Source of the DNA: a virus
Reading direction: 5' to 3' (one strand)
Length of the DNA: 64,000 nt
IMG/VR virus record: IMGVR_UViG_3300036770_005754
Span: 103,472-167,471 of that record
The stretch's first letter is position 1. Every line of letters begins with the position of its first letter. Both the position numbers and the translations under genes were made by a program. Below, piece after piece: positions 8,206 to 18,702 of the stretch. A model generated the notes under the pieces. The model did not search any database, had not been told where the DNA came from, and saw only the letters and a list, made by a program, of their open reading frames with translations.

Positions 8206-11076
8206 TTATCCAACTGCTGTTGCGGCCGTCACGATACCACCAGCAGCAAGCACCTCTTCAGCAGAGAAGCTAGCACCAGTTCGCAACACAACAAGATTTA
8301 AAACGATAAATTCGACAGCACGCGTGGGTTTCAAGAAGACAGAAACCCAAAGCTCATTTCTGTCGATTCTCTCAGGCGTATTGTTCGTCTCGTCGACAAT
8401 CACTCTGAATGCTGTTAAACCACGACGAGCTTGGATATCGGCGAGGAATGGGTCGATCGTGGCAACTACCTGCTTCCAGAGGATCTTATCATTAGGCTCG
8501 AAGATAAAGTTACGCAACGTCCTAACAAGATTCTTCTTTATGAAAATCAGTAGCATTCTGACATTAACACGATCAAGAGCAGACTGCGTTCTCTGCAAAG
8601 TCCTCTGACCATAAACTACGATACCGTCTTGAGGGAACTTCACAATAGGATTAACAGCATTACCAGAACCGTAAAGAAGGTCCCTTTCGCCTTGGGACGG
8701 AGTATATTCGACATCCAAAGCTGTCAGCAATCGGCCACGACGGAGACCAGCCGGTGCGAACCACTGTTCAGCATCACGGGCAGTCCTACTGAAAACAGCA
8801 GAAACATGGCCAGACGGCGGAATCCAAATCTCATTAGCCGAAAACTGATCGAAAACTCTCAACCAGCCCCAGTAAAGAGCACCATAACTACTATTGACAG
8901 CAGCGCGAAGGTCTGAAATCAGCATACCATTATGCCAATCGACAACCTGCTGAGGACGAAGACCGAAAGGAGGATCAACGATGTATAACACATCACCGCG
9001 ACTCTCACACATCTGAAGTGCTGTACCAATCACAGCACCAGTGGAAAAGCCCGGAGTGACAAGCAGATTTATGTCAATAGTCTCAGGATTCTGGAAAGCA
9101 TAAATACCACCAGAAGTCGCTGGATTACCAATTACCGCCGCATCAAGTTCACTCGAAAAAGCAGGATCTAACGGAATACCATTAGCCATCCCGCGAAAAT
9201 GTTTCGTGTTGACCTGAGAGGGCAATCTAACAGCGAAAGTAGAAGGATCATTGATGTTGTTGTTCAAGAACGCAGGGCGTTCTTCCCAATTCACATAGGC
9301 ATTTCCATTCATCCCACCAAGAGAGGTCCCGGGATTGATGAGATTCGCAATGTATCGAGCCTGCCTCTTATCGAAACTGACATCGTCAATAGCTTCGACA
9401 GGTTGATTATTCTTATCCAAAACAGTCAAACGATAGCGACCAGCGGAATCGCCAACACCGTCGGTAAACAGTTCGAGAGTAACACTGAAACCAGAAAGCC
9501 AAGTCCCAGCAGAGGGCGCGACAAGCCACCCAACCACGTTCTGGAAGTAAGCGGCATCAGCAGCACAATCCGGGCCAAACGGATCGGTCTCGCAAGACAG
9601 AGGAGTGGAAGCAGTGATCTCACCAGAATCTGGTAAAACCAGCCTATTGTCGTCGAACCCGCGATACGCTCTCTTATACGGGTAAACAATATTCAATTCT
9701 TCGGCAAACCGCAAGGTCTTCAGATTCGAATAGTTAGCCATTATCTGTAGAGTATCTAATTGACGCCCAACAGATGTTTCAATAACAACGTGAGTATCCC
9801 CACTAGGAACAGTAATAGCATAAGAATTCCATAGCACGCCACCAGCGACCACACCAGCTGCATCTATTACCGCAGCAATAGACTCAGTAGACTGGTTCAA
9901 GCCAATGGGAACGTTGAACGAAGCTTCCGTCGTGTTAGACTCGCCAATCAAGTTGATTTTAACACGATTGTTCTGAGTCGTGATATTGTAAGGGCCAGGA
10001 TCAAGACCGAGCAAGTAAGATCTTGGAATATCCCAAGCGTATTGCTCAGTACCACACTCAAGAGCCCAGCCTTGAGTAGACATCAACTGAATACGCTCGC
10101 CTGCGACAGTACTTCTGATCTGCGGGATCGTTGAACCATCTTCCATGGTATATTCGATGAAGATATAATCTTCACTACCAAGAAGCGCATTGGCCGCAGT
10201 GATGAAAGAATCGACCGTCGTATATGTCGCGAGCGGCATCGTATAAGTCGTCGGAGACAGATTACCATCAACAGCGATCGAGAACGAACGATTATTCGGA
10301 GCAGCACTCCAAATGAACGTATCATTCTCATCGATCTCACCTGAAGAAACAGAGATCTCCAGAGTTAGACCATCACCAATGGAAATCGCATCAGAGGTCC
10401 CGTCTCCGTTACTATCTGCAAAATAGCCCTCGGCGACTATTGAACCGTCACTATTTCTAACGACCTGATAACCAGCGCCCACAAATTGAGCATCTTCTGA
10501 CAAATTGGGTGCCGATGTGATAACCATCACCCACGACTCGTCGGCGGAACCAGTGTAAACGCCAGTCAAAGTCCCAGAGGCGGATGTTGGACCATCTGTA
10601 GATGAAAGGTCAGCATCGCTATATTCCACAACACTTGTTGATGCATTATGGAAAGTGAGTGGTGTTGGGTTATTGTCGACACCGTCCCCAACAGCACGCA
10701 AATTGATTCTACCATAATCAATGCCCGTAAAGAGAGGAACTCGGCCCCACCCTTTACCACGACCACCAGATGTGTCAATACAGATATCAGACAATTCCTG
10801 AGGCTGACCATCTTCGCATTCGACGCCCACTCTCATAACATATGCCGCGTTGCCTTCTTCAAGGTATGACAACACAGCATACATCAGATAGCTCTCAGGG
10901 AATGGCTCCCCAAAAGTCTCTATGGCTTGCGTGGAGTTCGTGATTAAAATCGGAGTGTTCAGAGGGCCTTTCTTAGCGGTCCCAATAAACCCGGGCCGAA
11001 GCGGGCCAACGGCTGTTGGCAGTACGCTGATGTCAATTTCTCTTGGGAAAACGCCGGGGCTTAAGAACACTGTCAT
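8206..11076 (-). CDS. Tail sheath protein (gp18 family)
   Basis: N-terminal LSPGVFPREID...GFIGTAKKGP; C-terminal PPSGHV, WFAPAG.RRG, VNPI, GQRTL, RVNVRML, FEPND, NNTPERID, KPTRAVEFI. Confidence 0.97.
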   Translation of the reverse strand: MTVFLSPGVFPREIDISVLPTAVGPLRPGFIGTAKKGPLNTPILITNSTQAIETFGEPFPESYLMYAVLSYLEEGNAAYVMRVGVECEDGQPQELSDICIDTSGGRGKGWGRVPLFTGIDYGRINLRAVGDGVDNNPTPLTFHNASTSVVEYSDADLSSTDGPTSASGTLTGVYTGSADESWVMVITSAPNLSEDAQFVGAGYQVVRNSDGSIVAEGYFADSNGDGTSDAISIGDGLTLEISVSSGEIDENDTFIWSAAPNNRSFSIAVDGNLSPTTYTMPLATYTTVDSFITAANALLGSEDYIFIEYTMEDGSTIPQIRSTVAGERIQLMSTQGWALECGTEQYAWDIPRSYLLGLDPGPYNITTQNNRVKINLIGESNTTEASFNVPIGLNQSTESIAAVIDAAGVVAGGVLWNSYAITVPSGDTHVVIETSVGRQLDTLQIMANYSNLKTLRFAEELNIVYPYKRAYRGFDDNRLVLPDSGEITASTPLSCETDPFGPDCAADAAYFQNVVGWLVAPSAGTWLSGFSVTLELFTDGVGDSAGRYRLTVLDKNNQPVEAIDDVSFDKRQARYIANLINPGTSLGGMNGNAYVNWEERPAFLNNNINDPSTFAVRLPSQVNTKHFRGMANGIPLDPAFSSELDAAVIGNPATSGGIYAFQNPETIDINLLVTPGFSTGAVIGTALQMCESRGDVLYIVDPPFGLRPQQVVDWHNGMLISDLRAAVNSSYGALYWGWLRVFDQFSANEIWIPPSGHVSAVFSRTARDAEQWFAPAGLRRGRLLTALDVEYTPSQGERDLLYGSGNAVNPIVKFPQDGIVVYGQRTLQRTQSALDRVNVRMLLIFIKKNLVRTLRNFIFEPNDKILWKQVVATIDPFLADIQARRGLTAFRVIVDETNNTPERIDRNELWVSVFLKPTRAVEFIVLNLVVLRTGASFSAEEVLAAGGIVTAATAVG

Positions 11077-11133
11077 CGCTTCTACTCCATCGCCAATACT
11101 GGTGTGTTAAAATTATCTTTGACGGTTAAACTA

Positions 11134-11388
11134 CTAACTCATCATCGCTTCTTGTCTCTCTGCGACTAGTTCACTATCGTGCAGAATTTTAATGAAGCCT
11201 TTCTTCTTAAGATTCTCCAACTGATCTTGCCGTAAATGCGCCTTAGGTAAAAGGACATCATGGCCGGGCTGTATTCTGATCTGTGATTCATTCATATAGA
11301 AATTACCACCAGGCGGCCTAGCTTGAAGCTGAATGAGCTGGCGGCTGTTGTTGTAGACTCTTATCACATGTGATCTGTTCTTCTTCAT
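11134..11388 (-). CDS. Small pre-sheath protein; paralog of 31675..31905
   Basis: Shares NxSRQL, IQPG and QLE...G.I with 31675..31905. Confidence 0.7.
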   Translation of the reverse strand: MKKNRSHVIRVYNNSRQLIQLQARPPGGNFYMNESQIRIQPGHDVLLPKAHLRQDQLENLKKKGFIKILHDSELVAERQEAMMS

Positions 11389-12272
11389 CTGTTAACCTTT
11401 TCTGCAGCTTTTTTAGGATCATTGATCGGCTCAAACCAGAGCTGACCACCAGGAGCACCAGTAGCCTGAGATTTTGAGGCCACCAAAATCTCTCCAAGTT
11501 TCTCTTTCAGATTCGCGACAGTACCAAGGACAGTTTTAACAATTTTCTCGGGAAGAGGCAACCATGCTTCTGCCGCACAAGATACTTCATACCGTACATT
11601 TGCGTGTTGATCAAATCCAGTTTCTTTATCACTAGCGTCATTGTAACCGCCAAACCTCAGCTGAACAGCACCGGCTATCTTACCATCAAACATTCTAAAT
11701 TCAGCTAATGGGTTAAAACGATTTAAAACCTGGAATAAAATGTATTCAGCATCTCTCTTCCGCTCAGCCCATATCACGAGTTTGTAATCCACTAACCACG
11801 GGGTCGGTCTGAATACCTTAGCGGCCTGATCAGCCCTCCTGCTGAGGTATCTGACAGTCATCGCGTGATATGGCGGGCTGAATTTTTCAGGATTAAATTC
11901 AGCAGACTCCCGGCTAATTGCCGCGAGTGGTAATCTAGCACGACCCTCTTTTAAATCATCATTCCAAATCAGCAGGCTCTTATCACCACCAGAGATCTTG
12001 ACTCTCATAAAACGATAAGAATCTTTAGTCGGGACTCTTATGCCGGACCAATATTGTTTCATCGCCTCATCAAGAGAACGGAAACCAGGTTGTAAAAACT
12101 CTTCCAAATGGTGTGGATAAGCTAGAAAATCAGTGCCGTCGAAAGGGTTTCTACCGCCCTCGGCATGACTCAATTGCCTAATGGATGGAATATCTTTTAG
12201 CCCATCAGGTATATTTGGACTGTTTACATAACCATTCGCAGAAAAATCAGAATTCCAATTATAAGTCGGCAT
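11385..12272 (-). CDS. Tail completion / sheath stabiliser, T4 gp15-like
   Basis: RLP...ISR....FNP pattern and 'P.P..V.Y.L.IWA....DA..I..Q....FNP'; start set at MPTYNW after GGAGG; located between neck and sheath genes. Confidence 0.7.
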   Translation of the reverse strand: MPTYNWNSDFSANGYVNSPNIPDGLKDIPSIRQLSHAEGGRNPFDGTDFLAYPHHLEEFLQPGFRSLDEAMKQYWSGIRVPTKDSYRFMRVKISGGDKSLLIWNDDLKEGRARLPLAAISRESAEFNPEKFSPPYHAMTVRYLSRRADQAAKVFRPTPWLVDYKLVIWAERKRDAEYILFQVLNRFNPLAEFRMFDGKIAGAVQLRFGGYNDASDKETGFDQHANVRYEVSCAAEAWLPLPEKIVKTVLGTVANLKEKLGEILVASKSQATGAPGGQLWFEPINDPKKAAEKVNR

Positions 12273-12292
12273 ATTGTCCTCCCGATGGAGGT

Positions 12293-12583
12293 TCAACTAT
12301 CTATTAACGGTATAAAATTTGCCGGATTGCGAATAGAATCCATAAACTGTCTGACCTTAGTATCAATATCATGTAACTCATCGGTATTATTAACAATTAT
12401 TTGACCGGACAGTGTTAAGTTTATCTTTGGACCACTTACACTTTTACCAGATGGTACAAGTTCCAACTCAGGAGATATATCAGCGATCTTACCTATTAAG
12501 CCATTACTAATGGTATTTAAAAAAGAATGGTTCGAAGTATCGAAGCCGTCTTTATAATTAACTAGATTCTCTATATTGCCCAC
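12293..12583 (-). CDS. Hypothetical protein
   Basis: 96-aa ORF packed in the structural operon. Confidence 0.6.
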   Translation of the reverse strand: MGNIENLVNYKDGFDTSNHSFLNTISNGLIGKIADISPELELVPSGKSVSGPKINLTLSGQIIVNNTDELHDIDTKVRQFMDSIRNPANFIPLIDS

Positions 12584-13190
12584 CTGTCACCACCTGTTCG
12601 TCGTCTTGAAGATCTTCTTCCGGCCTCACAGTAATATCAGCAGTCAGAGTCTCCATCTGGCATGTCAAGTACAGCCATGTGTATCTAAAATTCCCGCTCG
12701 GAGTAGTATTCAATATTCTATAGTTTCTGGGACTTATCGCGACGGTCGCTGCATTATATGGCAACTGCACAACATCGCCTGCCCTGAGCATTCTTTCACC
12801 AACAAGATTGTTTATTTCGTGGTGGTCAAATATTACTTCTGTCTTATTAATTATCTCCGCCCCCCAGACCTTTAATTCAGCTTCCAAAGGTTGTGGCTTA
12901 AAGTAACCTTTGATTTTAATTGGGTTCCAGTATGTCGGGTCTGCATCCTCATCCCATACGCTATCGAAATCTGCATTGTCAGTTCTCAAATAGATCGTCA
13001 CTTCAGCACCAGATACTTGTATCATCTCCCTAACTTGGGACCTAGCCATGCGTATGTCGGCTGACTGGTTGTCATGTATGGCTACTGGCGTATGTCGTTG
13101 TTCGACATCTGACCTATTAGTCGCCAGAATCGTATTAAAGGTATCTGGGTCAACTTGCCCAGTATTGATTGCGAATCTGTGTATTGTCAT
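12558..13190 (-). CDS. Head-closure / neck protein, T4 gp14-like
   Basis: E.I...GA.V..Y, D..WDED....Y, AGDVV.LP; located upstream of the gp15-like gene. Confidence 0.65.
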   Translation of the reverse strand: MTIHRFAINTGQVDPDTFNTILATNRSDVEQRHTPVAIHDNQSADIRMARSQVREMIQVSGAEVTIYLRTDNADFDSVWDEDADPTYWNPIKIKGYFKPQPLEAELKVWGAEIINKTEVIFDHHEINNLVGERMLRAGDVVQLPYNAATVAISPRNYRILNTTPSGNFRYTWLYLTCQMETLTADITVRPEEDLQDDEQVVTGGQYRESS

Positions 13191-13193
13191 ACA

Positions 13194-13826
13194 TTATTTT
13201 TGAGCATCAACGCCCCAAGGCGGAACCCTAGGTAGTACACCGACCCCCGGCGGAAATCCGCCCTCTTCTCTATATGGATCATTCACTGGGGCAGGTATAT
13301 CCTTAAAATCGGGCGATGGGCAGTACCCCATGCCTATAATATCACATGCGTCATAATTTTCTTCGAGTGGTAGTTCGTCATTAGCTAACTTACGCAATTC
13401 CTCATACCAGTCGACATATCTATCACATGGGCAATTTATATTAACTGGTGGTAATACTAGCCATTTTTGCCTTCTGTTGCCTCTATTGAAGTTATTTCCG
13501 AACTTAACGTACGATCCAGGTATATGTTGTAGAGCGTCATCAAGATCTACCAATGAATTCCCGCATCTGTTTTTGGACAGATATATTGATAATGTGGCTG
13601 ATGATAATGAAGAAGTTGGTTCGCAACCGGGGACTAAGATCTTGTTATTAGCCAGGACTTCTAATTGTAGGCTGTATTGTATCTTATCTTGCTGTGGCGA
13701 TGTTAGATAATAGCAATGTAAAAGATTAAATCTATCGACTGAGCTACTTAAATTGTCTGGCGGTGTTACCATTACTGTGAATGGTCTTCCCCACTGGAGC
13801 ATACTGCTCCGTTGTGCCGCTGTCAT
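13194..13826 (-). CDS. Hypothetical Cys/Pro-rich protein
   Basis: 210-aa ORF with a 4-bp overlap onto the upstream gene. Confidence 0.65.
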   Translation of the reverse strand: MTAAQRSSMLQWGRPFTVMVTPPDNLSSSVDRFNLLHCYYLTSPQQDKIQYSLQLEVLANNKILVPGCEPTSSLSSATLSIYLSKNRCGNSLVDLDDALQHIPGSYVKFGNNFNRGNRRQKWLVLPPVNINCPCDRYVDWYEELRKLANDELPLEENYDACDIIGMGYCPSPDFKDIPAPVNDPYREEGGFPPGVGVLPRVPPWGVDAQK

Positions 13827-15001
13827 TGGAATTTGCCTCTGGTTGCTGTTGTGCCATCATCACTTACATTAGCTGTCGCCACTGATGTTACCGCATCATC
13901 TCTAAAGACAGTTTGTGTGTTCGAGGTCTGTGTTAGCCGATTCTTAGCGAGCATGAATAACCAGCTAATTTTATCTTTCAAGCTACTATTTGATGCTGGG
14001 ACAGATGTTGGTTCGGCACAATCATCAATTGCTATGGCACTAACAATTTGGTCTTTGACCTGTTCTGGAGTGATGGTTGCCAGTCCGAATCGAATTGCGC
14101 TTATAATGTCTGTATTGATCTCTTGAACATTGCTATCCATTCGTCCATCTATTAGAGAATCTGGTAGACGCGATTGTATATTCTGTGTGTCTTCCTCAAT
14201 ATCGTTCACTTGTAGTGTCGTTGCTAGACCGGCCTGAATGTCTGTGATTGTATGGACATGGCTCTGTGGCAAGATCAAAACAACATCGCCAGCCTGCGGA
14301 GCGGATGTCAGAGGATCTTCAAGTACAACGGTGACTGTCATGTCTCCGTTGTTGGTCCACGTGAGGATTGGGCTGTTCTGAAGCGCTATGTTCGCTGTAC
14401 CTTCCTCGAAGTACAAAACAGAATGCTTCATCGCACCTGTCGGGTAGTCCACTCCTGTGAGATTGAAAGTAGTTACGGTCGGTGCCGGTGAAGCAGCAAC
14501 CGTACCGTCGATAGTGGCACTGGCCTTCCTAATATGATTTATCGTCCATCCGAGACTACCCGGTATCAGGTGCTGACTGATCATTTCGTCTGAAACAGCG
14601 TCGGCTATTTCGGCTGCGGTTGGTGCCCCAAATCGTGCGGTCTGATAATCGACTGCATCGAGAGCAATCAGCAAATTCACGACGGCCATATTTGTCGCAC
14701 CGCGGAATTGAAGTGCCACTTCGTTGCCACCGTCAAGTGCTGCATCCGGAATGCCGATCTCATACCAACCTGGCATGTTGGTATTATCGACCGCGACGAA
14801 CCCGCCGCTGGTCCATGTGCCGAGCGTTGCGGTTGCCAGTGTGATCTGCACCTCGTTGTTGAGGTCTCCGGCGTAGTAATAGGCCACAAGTCCGCTGGAG
14901 TTGTACACCAGATTTGCCAGCCCGCTGCCGTCTGTTTTGCTCGTGTCGGCAATGAATATCAGCCGCCGCACTGATGTTGATCCGCGTTTGATTGGCCTCA
15001 C
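13823..15001 (-). CDS. Putative virion structural protein
   Basis: 392-aa Thr/Ala/Gly-rich ORF with a PGWYE beta motif; GC-rich 5' part; 4-bp overlaps at both ends. Confidence 0.65.
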   Translation of the reverse strand: MRPIKRGSTSVRRLIFIADTSKTDGSGLANLVYNSSGLVAYYYAGDLNNEVQITLATATLGTWTSGGFVAVDNTNMPGWYEIGIPDAALDGGNEVALQFRGATNMAVVNLLIALDAVDYQTARFGAPTAAEIADAVSDEMISQHLIPGSLGWTINHIRKASATIDGTVAASPAPTVTTFNLTGVDYPTGAMKHSVLYFEEGTANIALQNSPILTWTNNGDMTVTVVLEDPLTSAPQAGDVVLILPQSHVHTITDIQAGLATTLQVNDIEEDTQNIQSRLPDSLIDGRMDSNVQEINTDIISAIRFGLATITPEQVKDQIVSAIAIDDCAEPTSVPASNSSLKDKISWLFMLAKNRLTQTSNTQTVFRDDAVTSVATANVSDDGTTATRGKFQ

Positions 15002-15672
15002 TGATCTACTCCTCCGCGGATGTTCACGGGGCGGAATCCGCCGCCGGATGATTTTGCGATGCCTGTGTCTTGGATTGAGCCGATAGCCCCTAGATTGCTG
15101 CTGCCGGTCGTGTAGGTTTGGCTCACGGCAGAAACAGACGCGACAGCCGCGTTTGTGTCGTGCAAGACGATTTTTGTGGCCGATGTGCCCGCTTGCACTG
15201 CCCGATTCGTGTAGCCGCTTGGGGCTGAATCAATTGTACTTGCAGGCTGATTTGTCATTGCAGCCGCCACAACCCACTGATCTGGCGTCAAAATCCCGGC
15301 AGTATCTCCCGTTGCCGGCATTGCTGGCCAACTCAGCGTCGTCCCTCCTGTTGAAGACACGCCAGTGAATCTTGCTGGTCCCATGAGGATATAATTTGCA
15401 TCATCCCGATACACACCGCAAATTATAGTAACGGCGTTTGTCCACGTGCCGCTTGTTTCGGATGCCGATGCTGCAATCTTATAGGCAACCGTCAACGATC
15501 GTCCGTTGCCGTCGAATGCATATCGGACATGCAATCTAAGCCAGCCTGTAGGTGGCGTGATTTGTGCCGTCGTGCTGGCGCAAACCATCACCAGCAAATC
15601 GCCGGCCTGATGCGTGGGCAGCGTCAAACTGTTCGCCTCTGCAGATGCTGCACCAACGAAAGAGATCGTCAT
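14998..15672 (-). CDS. Putative virion beta-sandwich accessory protein
   Basis: MTISFVGA..LTLP..QAGDLLV..TPPTGW..YKIA...E pattern typical of phage surface proteins; GC-rich. Confidence 0.6.
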   Translation of the reverse strand: MTISFVGAASAEANSLTLPTHQAGDLLVMVCASTTAQITPPTGWLRLHVRYAFDGNGRSLTVAYKIAASASETSGTWTNAVTIICGVYRDDANYILMGPARFTGVSSTGGTTLSWPAMPATGDTAGILTPDQWVVAAAMTNQPASTIDSAPSGYTNRAVQAGTSATKIVLHDTNAAVASVSAVSQTYTTGSSNLGAIGSIQDTGIAKSSGGGFRPVNIRGGVDQ

Positions 15673-16244
15673 TGCGTCACCGTAGCCGCTGCCAGAAACG
15701 CGGCTTTAACCGTGTCTATGGTGCGATCCGGATTAGAGAGAGCAGGCTGAATCGTCTCGTTGAGAGCGTTTGCTGCCCATGCGTCGGCCGCTGATGTGCG
15801 GGCTGCGTCCGATTTCTGCTGTGCAAACTGCTCCGCTGTCAGGTCTTTGAACGGCCGTCCGCCGTCAAGCCGGTAAAACGAATCAATCGTCTCCGACTGA
15901 TCGCCACCGAGGATCTGGGCGATGCCAGTGATCACAGCATGCACTCTACCTGCAGGTCCTGGCTGTGTGGTGCGAAGGTCGCCGCCTTCCAGCATAAGGG
16001 CTTTAAGGTCTCTCAATCCCGCCTGCATAGCACTAGACAACTGCCCAGCCTGCAGCATCTCCTGCAATGTGCCGAACCAAGCCGATCCGTCGTAGGCAAG
16101 TAGAGCGGGGTCACGATCTTGCCGCAGCCACCGCCGGACAGAGGGCGCCGCGATGTTCGAGCGGCTGAGCGTCTGCAATGTTGCGACGATCTCAGCGTCT
16201 GTTCCTGTCAGCCCAAAGGATTGTGCGGCTTCAATGGCGTTCAT
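15669..16244 (-). CDS. Hypothetical protein
   Basis: 191-aa ORF with a GAGGA RBS, in the GC-rich cassette. Confidence 0.7.
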   Translation of the reverse strand: MNAIEAAQSFGLTGTDAEIVATLQTLSRSNIAAPSVRRWLRQDRDPALLAYDGSAWFGTLQEMLQAGQLSSAMQAGLRDLKALMLEGGDLRTTQPGPAGRVHAVITGIAQILGGDQSETIDSFYRLDGGRPFKDLTAEQFAQQKSDAARTSAADAWAANALNETIQPALSNPDRTIDTVKAAFLAAATVTQ

Positions 16245-16377
16245 GCGGCGGATTCCTCACTGCGGTCACTACAGACTTGTTTCACGATGCTCGTGTTGAT
16301 GACGATTGACAACAGAGTTTTGTCAAGAGTCTTGCCCATTTCAACGATCATTCCTGAATTATTGGTTCAAACACAAT

Positions 16378-17160
16378 TCACCATAACCATAGTCCCATTG
16401 GTTCACCTAGTTTCAGTGCGTTCTCAACAAGCTCCGCTTTCATTTTCTCGCCCTCCTGGACTAGATCGGAACCATCATAACTAATCGAACCACCATCTGG
16501 AGTTGGCATTCCTTGTATTTTTCTGCGAGAATGCCCAAGGACACATTTTGCTTCAGCCAACATCATGTCATAACAGATTTTTCTTGCCTGAGGACTTCGA
16601 AAATGATCGATAACAGGCACATACATTACCACCACCGGGAACGCGCCCTTTGGAGTCGGATACAATCTAATCATCTGATCCTTAGCACTGAGAGAATCAC
16701 CTTGAGCATTACTGACACCCTCATTGATGACTTCCCAATGTCCTTCTGTGCCAAGGATTTTCTGGGAGAATTTTCTATAAGCCTGCAATAAATGGTAATC
16801 AGTCAGTATATTCTGTATACCAGATATATTGCCGATATTGAACAGAAATGATTCAGCACCGAAAACATCATCAATCCTGGTGGTGACTGGGTCCCAGCTG
16901 ACTTGTTGAATCCAGTAAGCATCGTGTGGTAGTGGGTATGTCGATTGTAATGGGCTGGTATAGAACAAGCCCAGTTTCTGTTCTCTCGGGAAGTATCCAG
17001 CTATGAAATCCCCAGACACTTTCCAGATAGTTTCCCACTGGTCTTCTGTTATTTCTACTTCGACTACTGGATGTCCTAGTTGTGTCAGGACATATTTTTT
17101 CATCGGCTCGCTACGCAGCTTTAGGACTGATGGTAGGTCTGCTGGTGCTATTATTGCCAT
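16378..17160 (-). CDS. Neck protein, T4 gp13-like
   Basis: K.Y.L..LG.PVV.VEIT..Q, LYPTP, and LA.AK..LG..R.K..G...PDGG.I..DG..L..EG signature. Confidence 0.85.
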   Translation of the reverse strand: MAIIAPADLPSVLKLRSEPMKKYVLTQLGHPVVEVEITEDQWETIWKVSGDFIAGYFPREQKLGLFYTSPLQSTYPLPHDAYWIQQVSWDPVTTRIDDVFGAESFLFNIGNISGIQNILTDYHLLQAYRKFSQKILGTEGHWEVINEGVSNAQGDSLSAKDQMIRLYPTPKGAFPVVVMYVPVIDHFRSPQARKICYDMMLAEAKCVLGHSRRKIQGMPTPDGGSISYDGSDLVQEGEKMKAELVENALKLGEPMGLWLW

Positions 17161-17172
17161 TTTCGATCGTTT

Positions 17173-17709
17173 TCACAGAGGAAAGTGGTATCCCTTGTCC
17201 CCATATGTAACACCAGAATATTCTATTCTAAATATTGAATAGATTATGTCTGGTGGTAATGTGCTGAGTTCTGTCTCTATGGTTGTCTTCAGGTTCTTGA
17301 CTCCGCTGTCTATCGTTGACACTGGGCCTGTTAAACATGGTGAAGAACCTGGACCGTCGAGTGTTTCTCCGGCGTGTATTAGTTGTTTGTCCGGATGTGG
17401 CTGTGTATTATTGGCTCCGGCATTGTAGAAACCGGTTATCATTGTTTGGGCAGGTACTTCACCGATTTGTGGTTTTACTGCTAGTCCTGCTGACATTCCT
17501 CCAAAGCCGCTGCTTGTACTTTGTGATAATTGTTGACCACCGCCTGGCGTCGCTAGATTCAGTGATGTGTTTTGACTAAGTGCTTCGTACATGTAACTGG
17601 CTATTTTTTGCATGTCTCGCCAGTTTTCGAATTTTTTACTCTTTCTTAAGCCAGATCCATGGTTTGGTACTATGCGGATATGTGCTGTAAACGGTACCCA
17701 TCTTGCCAT
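17173..17709 (-). CDS. Hypothetical protein
   Basis: 178-aa ORF with a GAGGTG RBS and an upstream CAAAAATA motif. Confidence 0.7.
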   Translation of the reverse strand: MARWVPFTAHIRIVPNHGSGLRKSKKFENWRDMQKIASYMYEALSQNTSLNLATPGGGQQLSQSTSSGFGGMSAGLAVKPQIGEVPAQTMITGFYNAGANNTQPHPDKQLIHAGETLDGPGSSPCLTGPVSTIDSGVKNLKTTIETELSTLPPDIIYSIFRIEYSGVTYGDKGYHFPL

Positions 17710-17752
17710 TTTATCACCTCATTTTGGAATATACGGTATTTTTGATTTATTT

Positions 17753-18424
17753 TCATTGGCGATATAATGGGTGTACGTTGCTTTCGCATGGTCCTAGGAT
17801 TATTCTGTCTCTGGAGCTTATTAGGGTGTTGATTAAGTTGACTATCTCGGATTGATCTGCTGGGTCGTTTGGTATGTTGTCGGTTTTTTCTTTTATTAGT
17901 AGCAATGTTTCTTGTAGTGCTTTGTCGTTTGTGGCCGTATCGACTATCGTTGATATTAGCTCTTTCAGGTCGGTGCTTATTACGCGTTCTGATACTGCAC
18001 CGGTTTGGAATGCTTCTTCTGATATGCTGTCTTTTTGGGTTGTGTACAGTGTTGATGCGACGTAGTTCTCGTTTGTGACTTTTACTGTTCTGTTTTCATC
18101 TTCTGCTATTAGAACTTGGTCTAATATTTGTGCTCTTTCTTCTGTCCATGATTGTGCGTCTGGTATTTCATATGCTTGGTATACTGCTTCTTCTGATTTT
18201 ATCCTGACATACCATTGTGCTAGGCAGGTTTCTTCTGAGTCTGTAGCTATTATTTGGTATATTCCTGGTGCGTGATCTATGAATTGACATGTCCACATTG
18301 CTGCTGCGTTTGTGGCTTTGGTTATGTTGATCCCAGTCCCAACCACTGTGTCAGTTCCTATTTGGAATGTTTTCACAGTGGTTGGTGTTCCTTGGGCTCC
18401 GAACCGCACTGTTTGCGTTGTCAT
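17753..18424 (-). CDS. Hypothetical virion-associated protein
   Basis: 223-aa ORF; C-terminal IKEKTDNIPNDPADQS motif typical of phage structural proteins. Confidence 0.65.
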   Translation of the reverse strand: MTTQTVRFGAQGTPTTVKTFQIGTDTVVGTGINITKATNAAAMWTCQFIDHAPGIYQIIATDSEETCLAQWYVRIKSEEAVYQAYEIPDAQSWTEERAQILDQVLIAEDENRTVKVTNENYVASTLYTTQKDSISEEAFQTGAVSERVISTDLKELISTIVDTATNDKALQETLLLIKEKTDNIPNDPADQSEIVNLINTLISSRDRIILGPCESNVHPLYRQ

Positions 18425-18645
18425 TTTTCTACTTGTTGTTTTAGACGGTTAAGCAGATCTGTGCATGTTGATAGGACGTTTGATGCTTTGACCATGGATT
18501 CTTGGCCAGCTGTTGCTAGTTGTGCGTTTGCTATTTGTTTTGCTCCTGTTTCCATTAGCACCATTATGTTCATGTAGTCGTTTTTGGTGATTCCTACTTG
18601 GATGATTTCGGGTTGTTCTGTTGAATCTGCTTGCGAGTTTTGCAT
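18421..18645 (-). CDS. Small helical protein
   Basis: 74-aa ORF with an ATGA overlap onto the next gene. Confidence 0.6.
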   Translation of the reverse strand: MQNSQADSTEQPEIIQVGITKNDYMNIMVLMETGAKQIANAQLATAGQESMVKASNVLSTCTDLLNRLKQQVEK

Positions 18646-18702
18646 TGTGGCTTCTCTTAATGTTTATGAATTTTGACCGTTGTTTGATTATTTACTGATT
18701 GA

